This document shows positions 12,530-25,578 of a DNA stretch of 64,000 bases, one piece after another. The position numbers and the translations under genes were made by a program. The DNA comes from Toensbergia leucococca (Eukaryota). Position 1 is the stretch's first letter; every line of letters starts with the position of its first letter. The stretch is from NCBI GenBank assembly GCA_022813965.1, contig JALDZS010000006.1:62001-126000 (forward strand), written 5' to 3'. The notes beneath the pieces were generated by a model that was not told the DNA's origin, made no database searches, and saw only the letters and a program-made list of their open reading frames with translations.

Positions 12530-13426
12530 TTATCTACAGTAATTACACAAGGCTACATCGGTGGCCTCCAAATGTTTCCTCCAAAAGCCACTCGGATGGT
12601 TCAAGATCATTGAAGTCTTCTGTTTCCACTTGCTCAATTTCTCGAACTCCCCTGGCTCCGCTCTAAAGCCTTTGTTCCGCCACTCCTCGTGCTCCTCCAT
12701 TGACATCTCGTGAGAGGCACTTCTGAGATCCCTTGCCACGCCGTCATCCCAAGAAGCCTTCTTGCTGGGTGCTACGTCCTTGTTTGAAATGCCCATAATT
12801 TCGGCTTTTGATATGCTTTCCTTACCCCTCTCATCAAGTCGCTTCATCGCTCGCTTCCCTAAAGGTCGAGGCCGACCGCATGTGTTATTGATGATGAATT
12901 CTTTGTCCAGCTCGTAGCCTAGGCGGTCGTAGGTTGAAGACCCATCGAAGCCTTTCCGTCGGCACTGTTCCTGGCGGCTGATGTCATCATGGATCTTATG
13001 CTTGCCTTCTGGGCTAACTTCGTTTGCCATTCGCGGCTGTGGAGGCTTGGAATCCACTTTCTTATGTCTCTTGGGGGATGGTACAGGCTCGGAATCGGCT
13101 TTTCTGTGTCTCTTTGAACTTGGAGGCTTGGTAAAAGTCCCAAGCTCTTGCTCCACCACAGAATCTCTATGCTTAGATCCTTTCCTCATATCACAGCCAG
13201 AAGGAGGTTGACGAAGTCTCTCACTTTCCTTCTCTGGCCATTTCGAGATGTCCAATTCCTCCGGGTCGACCGTGAACGATCTGCTTTTCCATTCCGTGCA
13301 CTCCCCAAAGTCTACTTCATGAGATTCGACCCTCAAACCTCTTGAAATCCGGTCGTCAATCGCTTCGCTTGACAGGTACTTCCCAGTGCTTGGCCAAAAA
13401 AGATGTGCAATTCCCATGAGCCTCAT
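12530..13426 (-). CDS. Hypothetical charged protein (298 aa), possibly decaying
   Basis: Uninterrupted 897-bp ORF with ATG; internal duplicated basic segment (SKRHRKADSEP / PKRHKKVDSKP); no family recognised. Confidence 0.55.
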   Translation of the reverse strand: MRLMGIAHLFWPSTGKYLSSEAIDDRISRGLRVESHEVDFGECTEWKSRSFTVDPEELDISKWPEKESERLRQPPSGCDMRKGSKHRDSVVEQELGTFTKPPSSKRHRKADSEPVPSPKRHKKVDSKPPQPRMANEVSPEGKHKIHDDISRQEQCRRKGFDGSSTYDRLGYELDKEFIINNTCGRPRPLGKRAMKRLDERGKESISKAEIMGISNKDVAPSKKASWDDGVARDLRSASHEMSMEEHEEWRNKGFRAEPGEFEKLSKWKQKTSMILNHPSGFWRKHLEATDVALCNYCR

Positions 13427-13570
13427 TTTTTTTCTTCAGAACGTCTATTTATTCTCTCGCAGTTCTCGTTGCTGAAGTGTTGACGATCTTGGTCTGAGGT
13501 AATGTAAATTATAATCGAGTTCAAAACCCAGATCATCGTAGGTCGGCGATCCATTCGGACCTTTCTCCAG

Positions 13571-14439
13571 TCAACTTTCTCGGGAATCTGTGTGCTTTGT
13601 AGTCTTCAGCCTTTTCGGCTCATTTGCCTGTATTGCGTTATCTCCTCCACTCTTGTCTCTGCTACTTTTGTAACCAGAGTTTGCCTCTTTTCCGAGCACG
13701 TAGGCAACCTTCTCGATATCGGTCATCGAGATAGATTTCCCACTTTCTTTCTTTAGCCTCTCACGAAGCGCAGTCGCTCTCTCAAACATTTCACTATATT
13801 CATCCATTGAGTACTTGATCTTGCGGTCCCAACCATGACCTCGTCGACGCTCCCAAATTACATACTTGAAGAGCTCGTTGGAGAAGAAGGGGACTTTGAG
13901 GGGGTCGTGGCAGGAGAGAAGGAGGGAGGCAGTGGCCGGGCCAATACCTTTCAATTTGCTGAGAGCCGTGATTGAATTGGCGCACTCATTGTTGTCAGCA
14001 TCGTATATTTCGAATGCGGATTTGGTGGTTTCCCGCATGTCCACGGTGGAGTTCGAGGCAACGAGGTTGGCGAGGTTGGGGCGATAGATGCCATGTTTCC
14101 TACAGCAAGTACGAGATCAACATTCTAAGACGCTCAAAATGTCTGGAAATCGGAAAAGACGTACAATTTCCATTCTACGAGGGTAGTCACATCAGTTTTC
14201 TCGAGGAAGGCATTGCCACCTTTTCTGCGTTGGGCAAGTAATCCCGGAATACCTTCGAAGCGGAGTATGTCTAATTCTTGGAGCTTGGAAGGAATATGGG
14301 ATTCGTAGGAACTGAGGTGGTCTTGAAAGGCTGCATAGGTGATGCTCTCTGCGCTGTTGGAGTCTGGTACTGAATTAATGTCATGTGCTTAATAGACGAT
14401 TCGAGACTTACCCTTAGTGTTTGGCCAAAGCATGCCCAT
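13571..14439 (-). CDS. Conserved fungal protein with helix-hairpin-helix motif, spliced
   Basis: HhH-like 'LSKLKGIGPATASLLLS' followed by 'PFFS'; upstream exons give LVEWK|KHGIYRPNLANL; introns near 14100-14164 and below 14411; start codon tentative. Confidence 0.7.
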
Positions 14440-17400
14440 CTTGACGGCAGCTTCTAAGTGCTCAAGTTCTTGCTGCTCTTTATTCTCTAATTCTTGAAGT
14501 TAGATAAGCATAATGTAGTTTTGTTTACCTTGCAAGACGCGTCTCTACAAATAGAATACGACTAGAATAGAGTCCAATCTTACTTATAATATTGTGACTC
14601 TCTCTACGAAAAACGAAGTTTTTCAGCTTTAACCCATACCATTACGGAGGTATCTGTAACAAACCCCCTCTAATCAGAGTACTCGTGCGGCCGGAAAGTC
14701 TATACTCTTAGCACGCTATAATAATCCGATCCCGCACGAGTAGTTCTATTCAACCCCGATGCATCTCTGTCTCTCATGATGGATATCCAGTGTAGAGTAG
14801 GATGGTCATAGAAAAGAAGGTATTTGCGTCTTTGGAAGGAATTTGTTCCGGAAAAGTCTGATTACCAGCATCATGTACGTTAGGGCTTCCTGGATCAAAC
14901 CCATATTCTGTAAGTAGTAGCTTCAATCTTTAGGTAGATGTCAAGATTCAGGCCCCGAGTCATCAAGGTCTGTACTTTGTCGGTGTATTAATGCACCCTC
15001 GGAGGCCGGGGAATTCTTTAGAAAAAAGAATACAAGGACCGAAGAGAAGGCATGTTCACCCAGGGATTGCAGTAAAAAGGCGGCTTCTTTACTCTGACCC
15101 GCGAGAGCGAATTCCTTTGTGAATCACATATATAGCAAGCAGCTGTCAAAACAAGTCTGAAAGGTCGAGGATTCATGTTTAGTAAATTGTCAGATTGGAT
15201 TTTTTGAGGCTAGAATTTTGATCTTGGCGGTCTCATTGGAAAGGGACACGATATACGTATTGAGTAGCTGTTAGTGAACTACAGATTCGCCTTCCTTGAC
15301 TGATAATTCTGAGACCTAGAGTATTGAATAGAGATCCAAGCTGGGGCTTAGACACTATCTTGACACCAAAACATACATGAAGTCACTCTCCATCGTACTC
15401 AAACAGTGACAACGCCCTCGTAAGCCGTATCAACGGCATAAACAGGCAATCTCCCGTAAAGACTTTTTATTCGATTATTCTATGGATATGTAATAGTAGT
15501 CTGTTTGCCAGATTTCTTTCTTTCGAAATTAACTCACCCCTGTGTGTCTTGAGCGGCGTGTTCCTCAGAGCGTTGATCTTGAGCCCGATGTCATTGTTGA
15601 GCCAATGCACCACCACGGCGTTTGAGTAGCCATAAAGAGCTTCGATCGAAGGCATCCTATATTTGAATAGTGAGAGTACAATTTTCGGCCTGCTAGAAAC
15701 AAATCTGTGTACAATAGATTACTGTATCTATTCAGGGTACACTTTCCTTCTGACTGGTACTTTGAGATATTGCTCGCGTAGAAGTCGTAATACCCCATGC
15801 CTGGTACCTATTCAGCAGCGATGCTCAGAAGGATTTATTCAGCCAGGGCAGTTCAATTCAAAAAGTGACATAAGGAATATAAGGGGCTGAGCTGTGCCTA
15901 GCAAAGAAACGTATTCGCCGCATTGGTGAAATAGAAGCCAAGAACTTTGTGGGTCAAAGTAAAAGAATGCTACTGGGGCCGTACGCACCTTCCATCAAAG
16001 ACATATGGTCTACAAAATCCGTTATACTGTGCCAAGACCACAGGTATCTTCGTCTAGAGCACCTTCCAATGTCGAGGCTGTAGCATATAGTAGTATTTCC
16101 TGCCACCAAACTCTTCTCCTTTCACATTTCTTCTTTCTATCAGCAAATGCTCGCTGTAGCAGATAAGAATCACCTTGCTGGCAGCCTTCTATTCATTGAT
16201 CAACTGGTCTGTAGCATATTGTCAGCATCGTAACCATACCTGCATCACCTTCTGTGCAGCCTCGTCCGTTGTTGATCAACGTTGAAGCTTGAATCCGCAG
16301 TCTTCACAGCTCCCTCCTCACAGTCTTTGAGCTAAACAATAAGCATACCTATGAGTGTATTCTCCTTGCCCGGCGAACTCAGACCATGCTAATTGCAAAC
16401 GCTCGGTAGGCACCCTTGAAAAAGAATACTGCCGAGCGAAGCAAAGCTTGCATGCACGCTGTCATCATAGTCCTGTGGAAAGCAACTGATGAAACCAGCA
16501 TGGACACAGCCGCGGCTTCAAGCAGACTGCATATATTCCAAAAGGCCAGTGATAGTGTTCCCTTCGGTCCTACCCCTAGCACGTTTTCTTTGGACAGATT
16601 TCCTTTGCCCGTTTTCCTTTGTTGTCATCCTTCCCTCGATGATTCAATGATTACATTGCCATCCTTCCGAGACTGCTCTTTGAGTAGTCGATGGTGAAGA
16701 AAAAAGTGCATTATATAAGATGAGAGGAAGAGGACCGATACGGTTGATATGAGGCGAGCTTCGGCTTATTTATTTTTCCGTTAGAGACTTTGCGTCCCGT
16801 CCCGCACACTAAGCCACATACATCCATCGAGCCGCCGTCCTCCGTCCAATTAGAAGAGCGGCAGGCCAGCAATAGGTAGATATGCTTCATCACAAGGATT
16901 CAGGTGCGTTTGCACATGTGGGTCATATGTGAGATCATACCCTAACATGATTATTTTAGGCTACCAATCCACTGATACCCGACTCACCTTGTGACACCCT
17001 AGTCGACCTAGAGAGCATCAAAAACCTGCGTCACATTTTGACTTGAACTCTTCACCTCTATTGCATGCTATCTACCTTACGTACCACATCCCTATTTAAA
17101 CGTGATATTATCCAGTGATCCTGGGTCTGGGTTCGGGGTTTTCAATGTATTGGAAAGTGGTATTCCACTAAAAGAGCATTTTATGCATACAGATTATGCT
17201 ATCTATATTATTTATCTGTTCTTATCCTAGGCCTCATCATTGCTGAGGACAGATATCTACTCCATTCCGTCTTGCCATATGTCGAATGGGAGCAAGGTAA
17301 AATATCGACAAGAAGAAAGACATGCTGGAGGTATTTTGCAGGGACTTAATCATCTGTTCTAGAATAGGTGCTATTCTACCTGATAAGATGAATGATGACG

Positions 17401-17767
17401 TATTGTTATGACCATACCTACTTGTTCAACTGAACAGTATATTGCTTGCCTGTTCTCAAGAAGGTCTCTAAAGTTCGCCTCGCTCATCAGGTAAGGTAAG
17501 GTAAGACATGATAAGGCTGTTGCTAAGGTATTCTATTGGTAAATCACTCCCTTGACTGCGTACCTAAGCACGCTAAGGTAAGGTACGGACGTGCCAAGCC
17601 TTTTAATACGTACAGGGCTGTATGGATAGTAGGGCAGGAGATAGATTAAATACCTTACCCAAATCAATTCACTTCACTCACGGTGGTCGCCACGTCGATT
17701 TGACCTCCCCAACCTTACTTCATCTTCTCTTTCGTTATGCATAGTCACAAATGCATGTCATCAAGCT

Positions 17768-20700
17768 ATGGCTTTCGCACGCGACTCCGCAGAGGTTGTG
17801 CTACTAGACACAGATCCATGGAACTGGACTGTGGACGAAGTCACATCAACATTATGTGATCCAGAAAGCTCTTGGTCCACTTTCGTTGGTCCTCTCTCAC
17901 TTCCAGATCCTACATCTTTCAGAATTGCTCTTTGCGAAAATCTCATCACTGGTCCAATCTTACTCACTGAAGTAGATCATGCCTCACTACGCGATGACCT
18001 CGGCCTCAAAGCTCTGGGTGTGCGCGGCTCAATCATGCTTCTAATCAAACACTTGCGAGCTCGCTCACAGAGATATTCTGACCATATACATGCAGAGGCT
18101 GTCAATACACCTCTTCCAGGCTATGGAAGACTTTCAAATGCCGCTCAAGAATCTAACTATGGCTCTCCTTCCAACGGTTCACCAAGATACCATCAACAGG
18201 GCGGCACTGCAGCCACCACGAAACTTTTGCCATCTCCCATTTCTTCGGACTACGTTCGACAGCCTCTACGAACACCGTCAGTTTCAGAAGGAAATCGAAA
18301 TCGAAATCGACCTGACATTCAGAATATGCAAAATCCACAGAACCTAGCACTTCGAGCATTTGATCTTCCGCGACCCAACCTACAGGTTTTGATGCCAAAG
18401 GACATACCAGAGGAGTCCTACTATTCCGAGAACGCAAATTCTGTTGTACATCTCGAAGAAGGTCGCGGTAGCTCAGAAACTAAGGAAATCGAAACTAGTG
18501 CAGATGCGACTTCTAAGCATGATGCTTCTTCAGCCCGCAATTCCAACGAGCCTAACCTTGTGAGCCGGAGAGGCGAAACATCTGTGACCGACAATACAGG
18601 CAGGAAGCGGCGCAAATTAGTCTTACAGCCAACGGGAGCATCACTAGTGAATAGGCACTCTTCGATTGATTCTGAGGAATCGGTAAACACTCAATCTCAG
18701 ACTTCGCTTGGAAATGATATCCACGGTGAGCACCATTTGGATTCAAGGACACCAAATGATCTAGGGTCATCTGCACGGTGGAGTGATCATACACTTCTTG
18801 CAGCTACTAGTCCTCATTTAAAGACAAAGGAGTACGCCAAGGCCGCTTCAATGGAAGGCTTTGACCAAGCTGAAGCTGTCAAATCATATTTTGACGATCA
18901 AGGACGAAGAAAAATGGAACCTCCACTAATTTCCCAATCAGCTCATGGCTATTATGATCCGGCCAATAAAGACGTGTGGTCTTCTCAAAACCTTATCGAT
19001 TCTTCGAGATCACCTTTGAGATCACCACTAAATGTAGAGGGCAATTCTGATTCAAAAGCTCGAAATAAAAGGGATCTGCGAGTCATCAGGGATCCTACCC
19101 AGGCATATTTAGGTCTTAAGTCACTTCCTGTGGACGAGATTTTCTATGGCGACATCGCCTTTGGCCAGAAGCTGCAAAGCAAGGTTCAGTGTGAAGTACC
19201 GCAGTCATCAGATGGACAGGATCGATCAGATACCTTCATGTTTTCTTCGGGTGGTATGTATGGTAATGGTCAGAGAATCTATGTCAATGCGCAGATCAAA
19301 TTCTTCCTTCAATCAAGTGAGAACCGGGTATTTCGACATAAGGGTCGTCGATTCGCCACTGTTATTCCTTACCGAAGCAGAATTGTCAAGAACAATCAGC
19401 CGTTATCGCTGACATTATTTGCAAATGTGTCCACAGGCATCGTTGCCACGAAAGAAAATAGACTCAAATGGATTGGACTCGCAGATGACCTGCATTTCAC
19501 CTCAGGAGAACAGGAGGACCAAGAATCTACAACAGATCACCTTGATTTAACCCCAAGTCTAGGTGACACATTGGCAGATGATTGGGATTTCCTTGAGAAA
19601 TGGAAATACAAAGTCGGCGGGAATGATCTTCTTCCAGTGTATGGCGAGTCAGGATCTGAAGGTGAATATGATTTGGCAACTTGGCAAGAAATGGAGGAAG
19701 ATGAAGGAAAGCTTGAGAGGACAGGTGAACAAGCCAAGAGCTCGAAGCTTAGCGATCCACAAGTTCTGGAGGCTATGGAACACGCGACATGTCAGATGGT
19801 TGAAGAGTGGAGTCTCAAAAAGCTCCCTGGATTGAAATTCAAAGCTTGGCGGATTTGGACCAAGTCTCGAAGAGAGAGGAACAAGCGTGTTCAAATCAGA
19901 TTTCTCACCGAAGAAATTGACAAATTAGACAAACGTCTGGCCAAGATACAGAAGGAAATGATGGATGAGCTTTGGACTTCAGCGAAGCAGGTCAAACAGC
20001 AATGCCGGAGCATGGAAGAATCTATTTTCAGACGTGAAGAGTGTCGATGGAAAATCTCTGTACTAGAGTCTAGAAAGATGCCAACAAGACTGCCAAAGTC
20101 GGAGAAGATGCTGAAACCTACCAAGGCCCAGATTTCCACTGAATCGCTAGGAAAGGACGAAGATGAGATCCAAAGTGATATGAGTCCCCTTGAGAGCTCT
20201 GATGATGACTGGAACGACTTCATCGATTATGGAGACGTGGATGAGCCTCTCATCTATAACATCGAGCGCGATGCAACCAATTCAGATGATGAGGGCGCCT
20301 CCGATATATTGATCCAAGATACGATTGAGAGCGACGAAAGTCCTCGAAGTAGCCCCCTTGCATTGAAAAACCGTGCTTCAAGTCTCTCTGGAGCCGTTGA
20401 AACTGTTGAAATTGTTGCTGATGTACCGAGCTTGAAGTCTGTCCTTCAGAACGAAAGGGAGGTCGAGATAAAGGATGCTGAGTTAGCAGCCCATCTCAAA
20501 GACAGCTCATCGTCGGTTTCTCGGTACGAAAATCTCAGGGGGCCAACTTCATTCGTGCCTTTGTCGCCTCGTACGCAAGAGCCTGAGGTTATTGACCTGA
20601 CTTTGCGATTAGACTCTAGTTCTTCAGAAGCAACTCTGTCAGAAGCTGAACGAGATTATGCCATTCGAACGCCACCTCTCATCAAAAGCGAAGAAGACCA

Positions 20701-23700
20701 TTTCAGACGTATTCGAAAGGTCATGGCCGAATTCAAGCATCCCCCTATGACATCAAGTGTCATCAACCTTGAAAGCGACTCTGCCGAATCTGTCAGCGAA
20801 CAGAGTGGGTCCACCTTACCACCCGAGGTCCTACCTGGATTTTCAGAGGTTGAAAAGATCGCTAAGCTAGGTTCGAACCTGTTGGAAGAGCGCCGAGATC
20901 GTAAACGCTTGCTCATATGGGTTATTCATCGACGTACCCCTGAACAGCGTAACAGTGCCCTAAACCGTACAAGAGCAGTCTCCTTGCAGGCGAACCGACA
21001 AAGCATTTGGGCGGGACTAAAAACTCTAAAGGCCCATGGGTTACGGATCCGTGGCGAAGACCTCAATGAATCCAATACAATTCTGCAGCTTACTGGGTGG
21101 TTCATCGTTTGGACAGTTATCTGTGTTCCGAAAAAGGATAAGGGCATCCTCAAGCAGCATGTTGAAACAACGTTAGCACATGAAGACGGGTTTGAGCCGT
21201 TTTGGTTATTCATGATTGAGTGCCTAAAATATTACGAGCAATTACCCGTCAAAGAAGTTATCTCTGTCTCAAGCATGCCAAACAAACTCACCTCTGTCAA
21301 ACGCAAACAAAAAATTCTTTTGGATGACTCCGATGCATCTGAACCAAGCTTTCCGACACCACATAAAAAACGCAAATGGGCTGTCCCAGAGAGTCAAGAT
21401 GCTCTCAACATGCGAATGAATGCTCAGCAGAGAGTGCTCGAGAGGGACCAACGACAGAGAGCGCTAAAATTACGGTTTGAGAAGATGGGTCCAAGGGGGG
21501 CCGATGCTTTGGATAAGGTTGTGAACATTGGTAAATTTGAGAATCAAGATTTTGTCCTCCTTAACCCCAAGATCGGCGAATCTATTCAACCCCACCAGCT
21601 GGAAGGAGTGCAATTCATGTGGCGGGAAATAGTGACAGATAACGCTCTACCGCAAGGCTGTTTACTGGCGCAAACGATGGGGCTCGGAAAAACCATGCAG
21701 GTCATTACTTTGTTGGTGACCATCGCTGAGGCAGCCAAATCTCCTAATGAGAACGTACGAAGCCAAGTACCAAAGGCCCTACAGGAATCTCGAACCCTCA
21801 TACTCTGTCCTCCGTCTTTGATCGACAATTGGTTCGATGAATTTCTGACATGGGCGCCATCACCGATGACGGATAACGTAGGCGACGTTCGAAAAGTTAC
21901 TTCCAGCATGAGACTTCAGGAACGTCTTTACGAGATTCGAGCTTGGAGCGACGAGGGCGGAGTTCTACTGATTGGCTACACCACTTTAAGGGATATGATT
22001 ACGAACAAGGCGAATAAAAAAGGCGAAACGGCGCTGAGTGAGATGGACCATCAACAGATGGAAGAGATTCTTCTTGAACGCCCATGCCTCGTTGTAGCCG
22101 ATGAAGCACACGCTTTAAAGAACTCTGATACAAGCACGGCTCAAGTGGCAAATCGATTCAGATCTAAAAGTCGTATAGCCCTGACGGGATCGCCACTTTC
22201 GAACAACCTAGAGGAATACTACTCACTGATCGAATGGGTGGCCCCAGGCTTCTTGGGAGACCTTGTGGAATTCCGGGCCCGTTACATAGAGCCAATTCAA
22301 AACGGTCTTTGGCAGGATAGCCAACATTGGGAAGTGCGAAAGAGCCTCAAAATGCTGCAGGTCCTCAAGATAGATTTGGATCCTAAGATTCATCGTGCCA
22401 ATATTTCTACGCTTGAAGAAAGACTCCAAGGCATGACGGAATTTGTCATCCGAGTGCCACTTACTGAGCTCCAGCAGAAGGCCTATGATATCTATGTAGA
22501 CACTATGATTGGTGTCGCAATGAAGGACGACCAGAAAAAAACCTCTTCTGTGTGGGCTTGGTTGGGAATTCTGCAATTACTCTGTAATCATCCTCAATGT
22601 TTTAAGGATAGACTTACGGGACGTGGATCTAATGATAAGGATTCTACAAGGGCGCAGAAACGCCTGAGAACAGCTGGAGATGGTTTGACTGCTTTCGATG
22701 AGGAGCTTGCACTATCAGAGGACGAATCAGTCTATACTATAGGAATATCGCAAGCCTTGATTGAAAATCAAATAGCGTTGTTTGCCACCATCACCGAGCC
22801 TCTTGATTCCGTTTTACTCGCTCACAAAATGCAAGTCCTCATGCGCATTCTTGAATTTTCAGAAGGAGCTGGCGACAACGTCCTTGTCTTCTCGCAGAGT
22901 CTTCTCACTCTTGACTATGTTGAAAGGTTACTAAAAAAATCTTCTAGAAGTTACTCACGGCTTGATGGTAAAACCAAAATGTCAAGTCGGCAGCAATTAA
23001 CAAAAGACTTCAACAAACAAAGCTTTGGGATTTGTCTGATATCGACCAAAGCCGGTGGGCAAGGACTAAACTTTTACGGGGCGAACCGAGTTGTCATACT
23101 GGACGCTTCTTTCAACCCCATGTATGAAGAGCAAGCTATCGGGAGAGCCTACCGCATTGGGCAGAAGAAGCATGTGTACGTCTACCGATTGACAGCCGGT
23201 GGCACTTTTGAGGATCTTCTTCACAACCAGTCTCTATTCAAGAGGCAGCTTGCAATCAGAGTTGTCGATAAAAAGCACCCTAAGCGACATGCTATAAAAG
23301 GCGTCAAGCAATATTTGTCGAAACCAGAAGTCCAGAAGCAAGAAGACATCAAGGCCTTCGCCAAGGATGATCCCCTTGTCCTTGGTCGAATCTTAGCTAG
23401 CGAAGACACGTACGTTTTCCAGAAGCAAAAGAGGGAAGACTTTTCATCTAATATTTTTAGGAACTCAATCATCCGCTCCATCGAGACCTCCAAGACCTTT
23501 CGCCAAGAGGATCACGTTGAGCTAACACCGGAGGAGATGAACGAGGCCACTCAATTGCTGAAGGACGAGCAATTGCGGCGTACGAATCTACAAGCTTACC
23601 TGGCGATGATGAAGACACGGGAGAAGGTACCCGAGAAAGTGCAATCGGATTTGCATAAAAGTGAAATGTTGACCCTCAACCAATCACCTCGTGTGTCTCC

Positions 23701-24485
23701 AACCTCCCAAAACTACTTACTCTCTACGAACAATAGTGTGCACGAAGATCCTGAGGTAGCAAATCCGAATCAGGAGCTACCGAGCACTGTTGCGGTTGAT
23801 CATGGCACCAGGCCCAAAGCCTCCCAGGCCGACCCAGCCTCTTTAATTCAGCTCTGTGAACCGATGGAAGGAGTGGAAACGCAGAAGCTCGCAAGCAATT
23901 CTCGCGGCGGTTCACTGGTGCCGATTCTTCCGACGATACACTCAAACCATCCAGGGACTGCTACAAATCCGGCGTCTCCTCGTTCAACGATTGATGCTGT
24001 TCGCGACGAAATCAACGACATAGTGGTCGGAATCACGGATGATGCAGGCATGGGAAATGATGCTCTTAGTCCGGGTGAGACAACCCCGGTTGGGCTGAAG
24101 ATCAGTACCCCGCAACATCAGGGGAGGGTAGGTACCCCGCCCACTTCCACTCCAGTAAATTCGTATGATTATGCGGCATTCCCTATTTTCAAGAATTTGT
24201 TGGAAAGGGAAGGCCACAGGGGCTGACGCTGAACGGTAGCTACATCGATCTTTGTACAGTGAGACTTCCAGTGACAGTCTTCGGCCAGTGATTGCAGAGG
24301 AGGTAGCCCAAAACATTCCTGAAGAGGGCATCGACATCTCCAATCTCACGATGATGTTTCGCGATCGAATTGCCGACAAAAATGAGTTTCTTCGGTGGAT
24401 TTTCTTTCACGGCCGCTTCGACGTCACAAGCAAACTGCTCTTTCCGAAAAAACCAACATCGACTGTACACATAGAATTAATGTAG
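17768..24485 (+). CDS. SNF2-family (ATRX/ARIP4-like) helicase with N-terminal SAM-like domain; unspliced ORF stops at 24226, probable spliced end at 24485
   Basis: QPHQLEGVQF, LAQTMGLGKT (motif I), VVADEAH (II), ALTGSPLSNN (III), VLVFSQ, RLDG, STKAGGQGLN, QAIGRAYRIGQ (VI); N-terminal 'DPWNWTVDEV'; candidate introns 23410-23460 and 24155(or 24128)-24239. Confidence 0.92.
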
Positions 24486-24658
24486 TGCATTGGATTTCCT
24501 TATTGTTCTATTGTTCTATTGTTCTTGGTACAATCTGAATGCCAGAAGCGGCAACATGATTACTTGAAGGCGTTTCTGCTTCTTAGAGAAGTGCTTGATA
24601 CCCTCATTAGCGTTGCTTTAGATTGACATTACATCGGCTAGCGAATTTCACGAAGTAC
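24450..24658 (+). repeat. Direct repeat copy 1 (~200 bp; last codons and 3' UTR of the SNF2 gene)
   Basis: AAACCAACATCGACTGTACACATAGAATTAATGTAG...GCGAATTTCACGAAGTAC recurs at 28203-28403. Confidence 0.95.
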
Positions 24659-25578
24659 CTCAAAGATAGAAGACTCCGATGGACTTTCTTTTAGTTGCTT
24701 TGTGAGACACCGCTGCTTTTGGGAGTGGCCTCACTTTGTGGGAACCCAACTTTGCCAAGCTTGCCGCTGCTTTGAATTCCAAAGATAGTCTTAGCGTTGG
24801 ATTAAACGTAGATGTAAATGCTCGGTATCCGTAGCCCCTCAGGTTTTCCCTTACTTGACTCACTTAAGTAATAGTCATTTCTCTCACCTTCTTCCTCAAT
24901 TCAGTTCTATTATTTCAGTATTCTTTCACTTTGTCCTGTGATCAACCTTCACTGCCTACTTCATGTAATTGTTGTTTTGGGAGCAGCAACCAAGATGCAA
25001 ACCTCCAAGTTTTCAGTCTCCAGTATCTCGGCTGAATACTCACCCATAGATATGAAAGTTGATCGGGATTGTTCAATAAAACGGGCCTCATCCTAGCTTC
25101 CTCGGTTGTTGACATGAACGTTTATATCACATTTCTATGAGAAGTGGCATTGACACTGCAATAGGCGGAGAGGAGACATCTAAAGGAAAAGAGTGAAGAG
25201 GTAGGAAAGGTAGGAATCAAGCGAATGAGGTTACACACGTCATGTGCCAAAAGATAAGAAAGATAAGAAATCCATCCATCATGAATCACTAATTTAGGTC
25301 TTCCGTTGATTTTCAGATACCGAATAATCTAGTATATTAAATACTACTGAACCCTTCAAATGTTATACGTGCAGCCATTCTGGGGGGGTACACTTACCCG
25401 CGCAGAGTGACCAATCAATCAATCAGGATAAACCTTAAATGTGAAATGTACAGATGCATTTAAGGCAACTTGTGCTTGATGTCTCACTAAAACGCAGGGT
25501 TATCCTAAGTTCCGCCAATCAGCGACATCACATCTTACTCCCCTAAATGGCTACACATATAACATTTGAAGGGATGAT

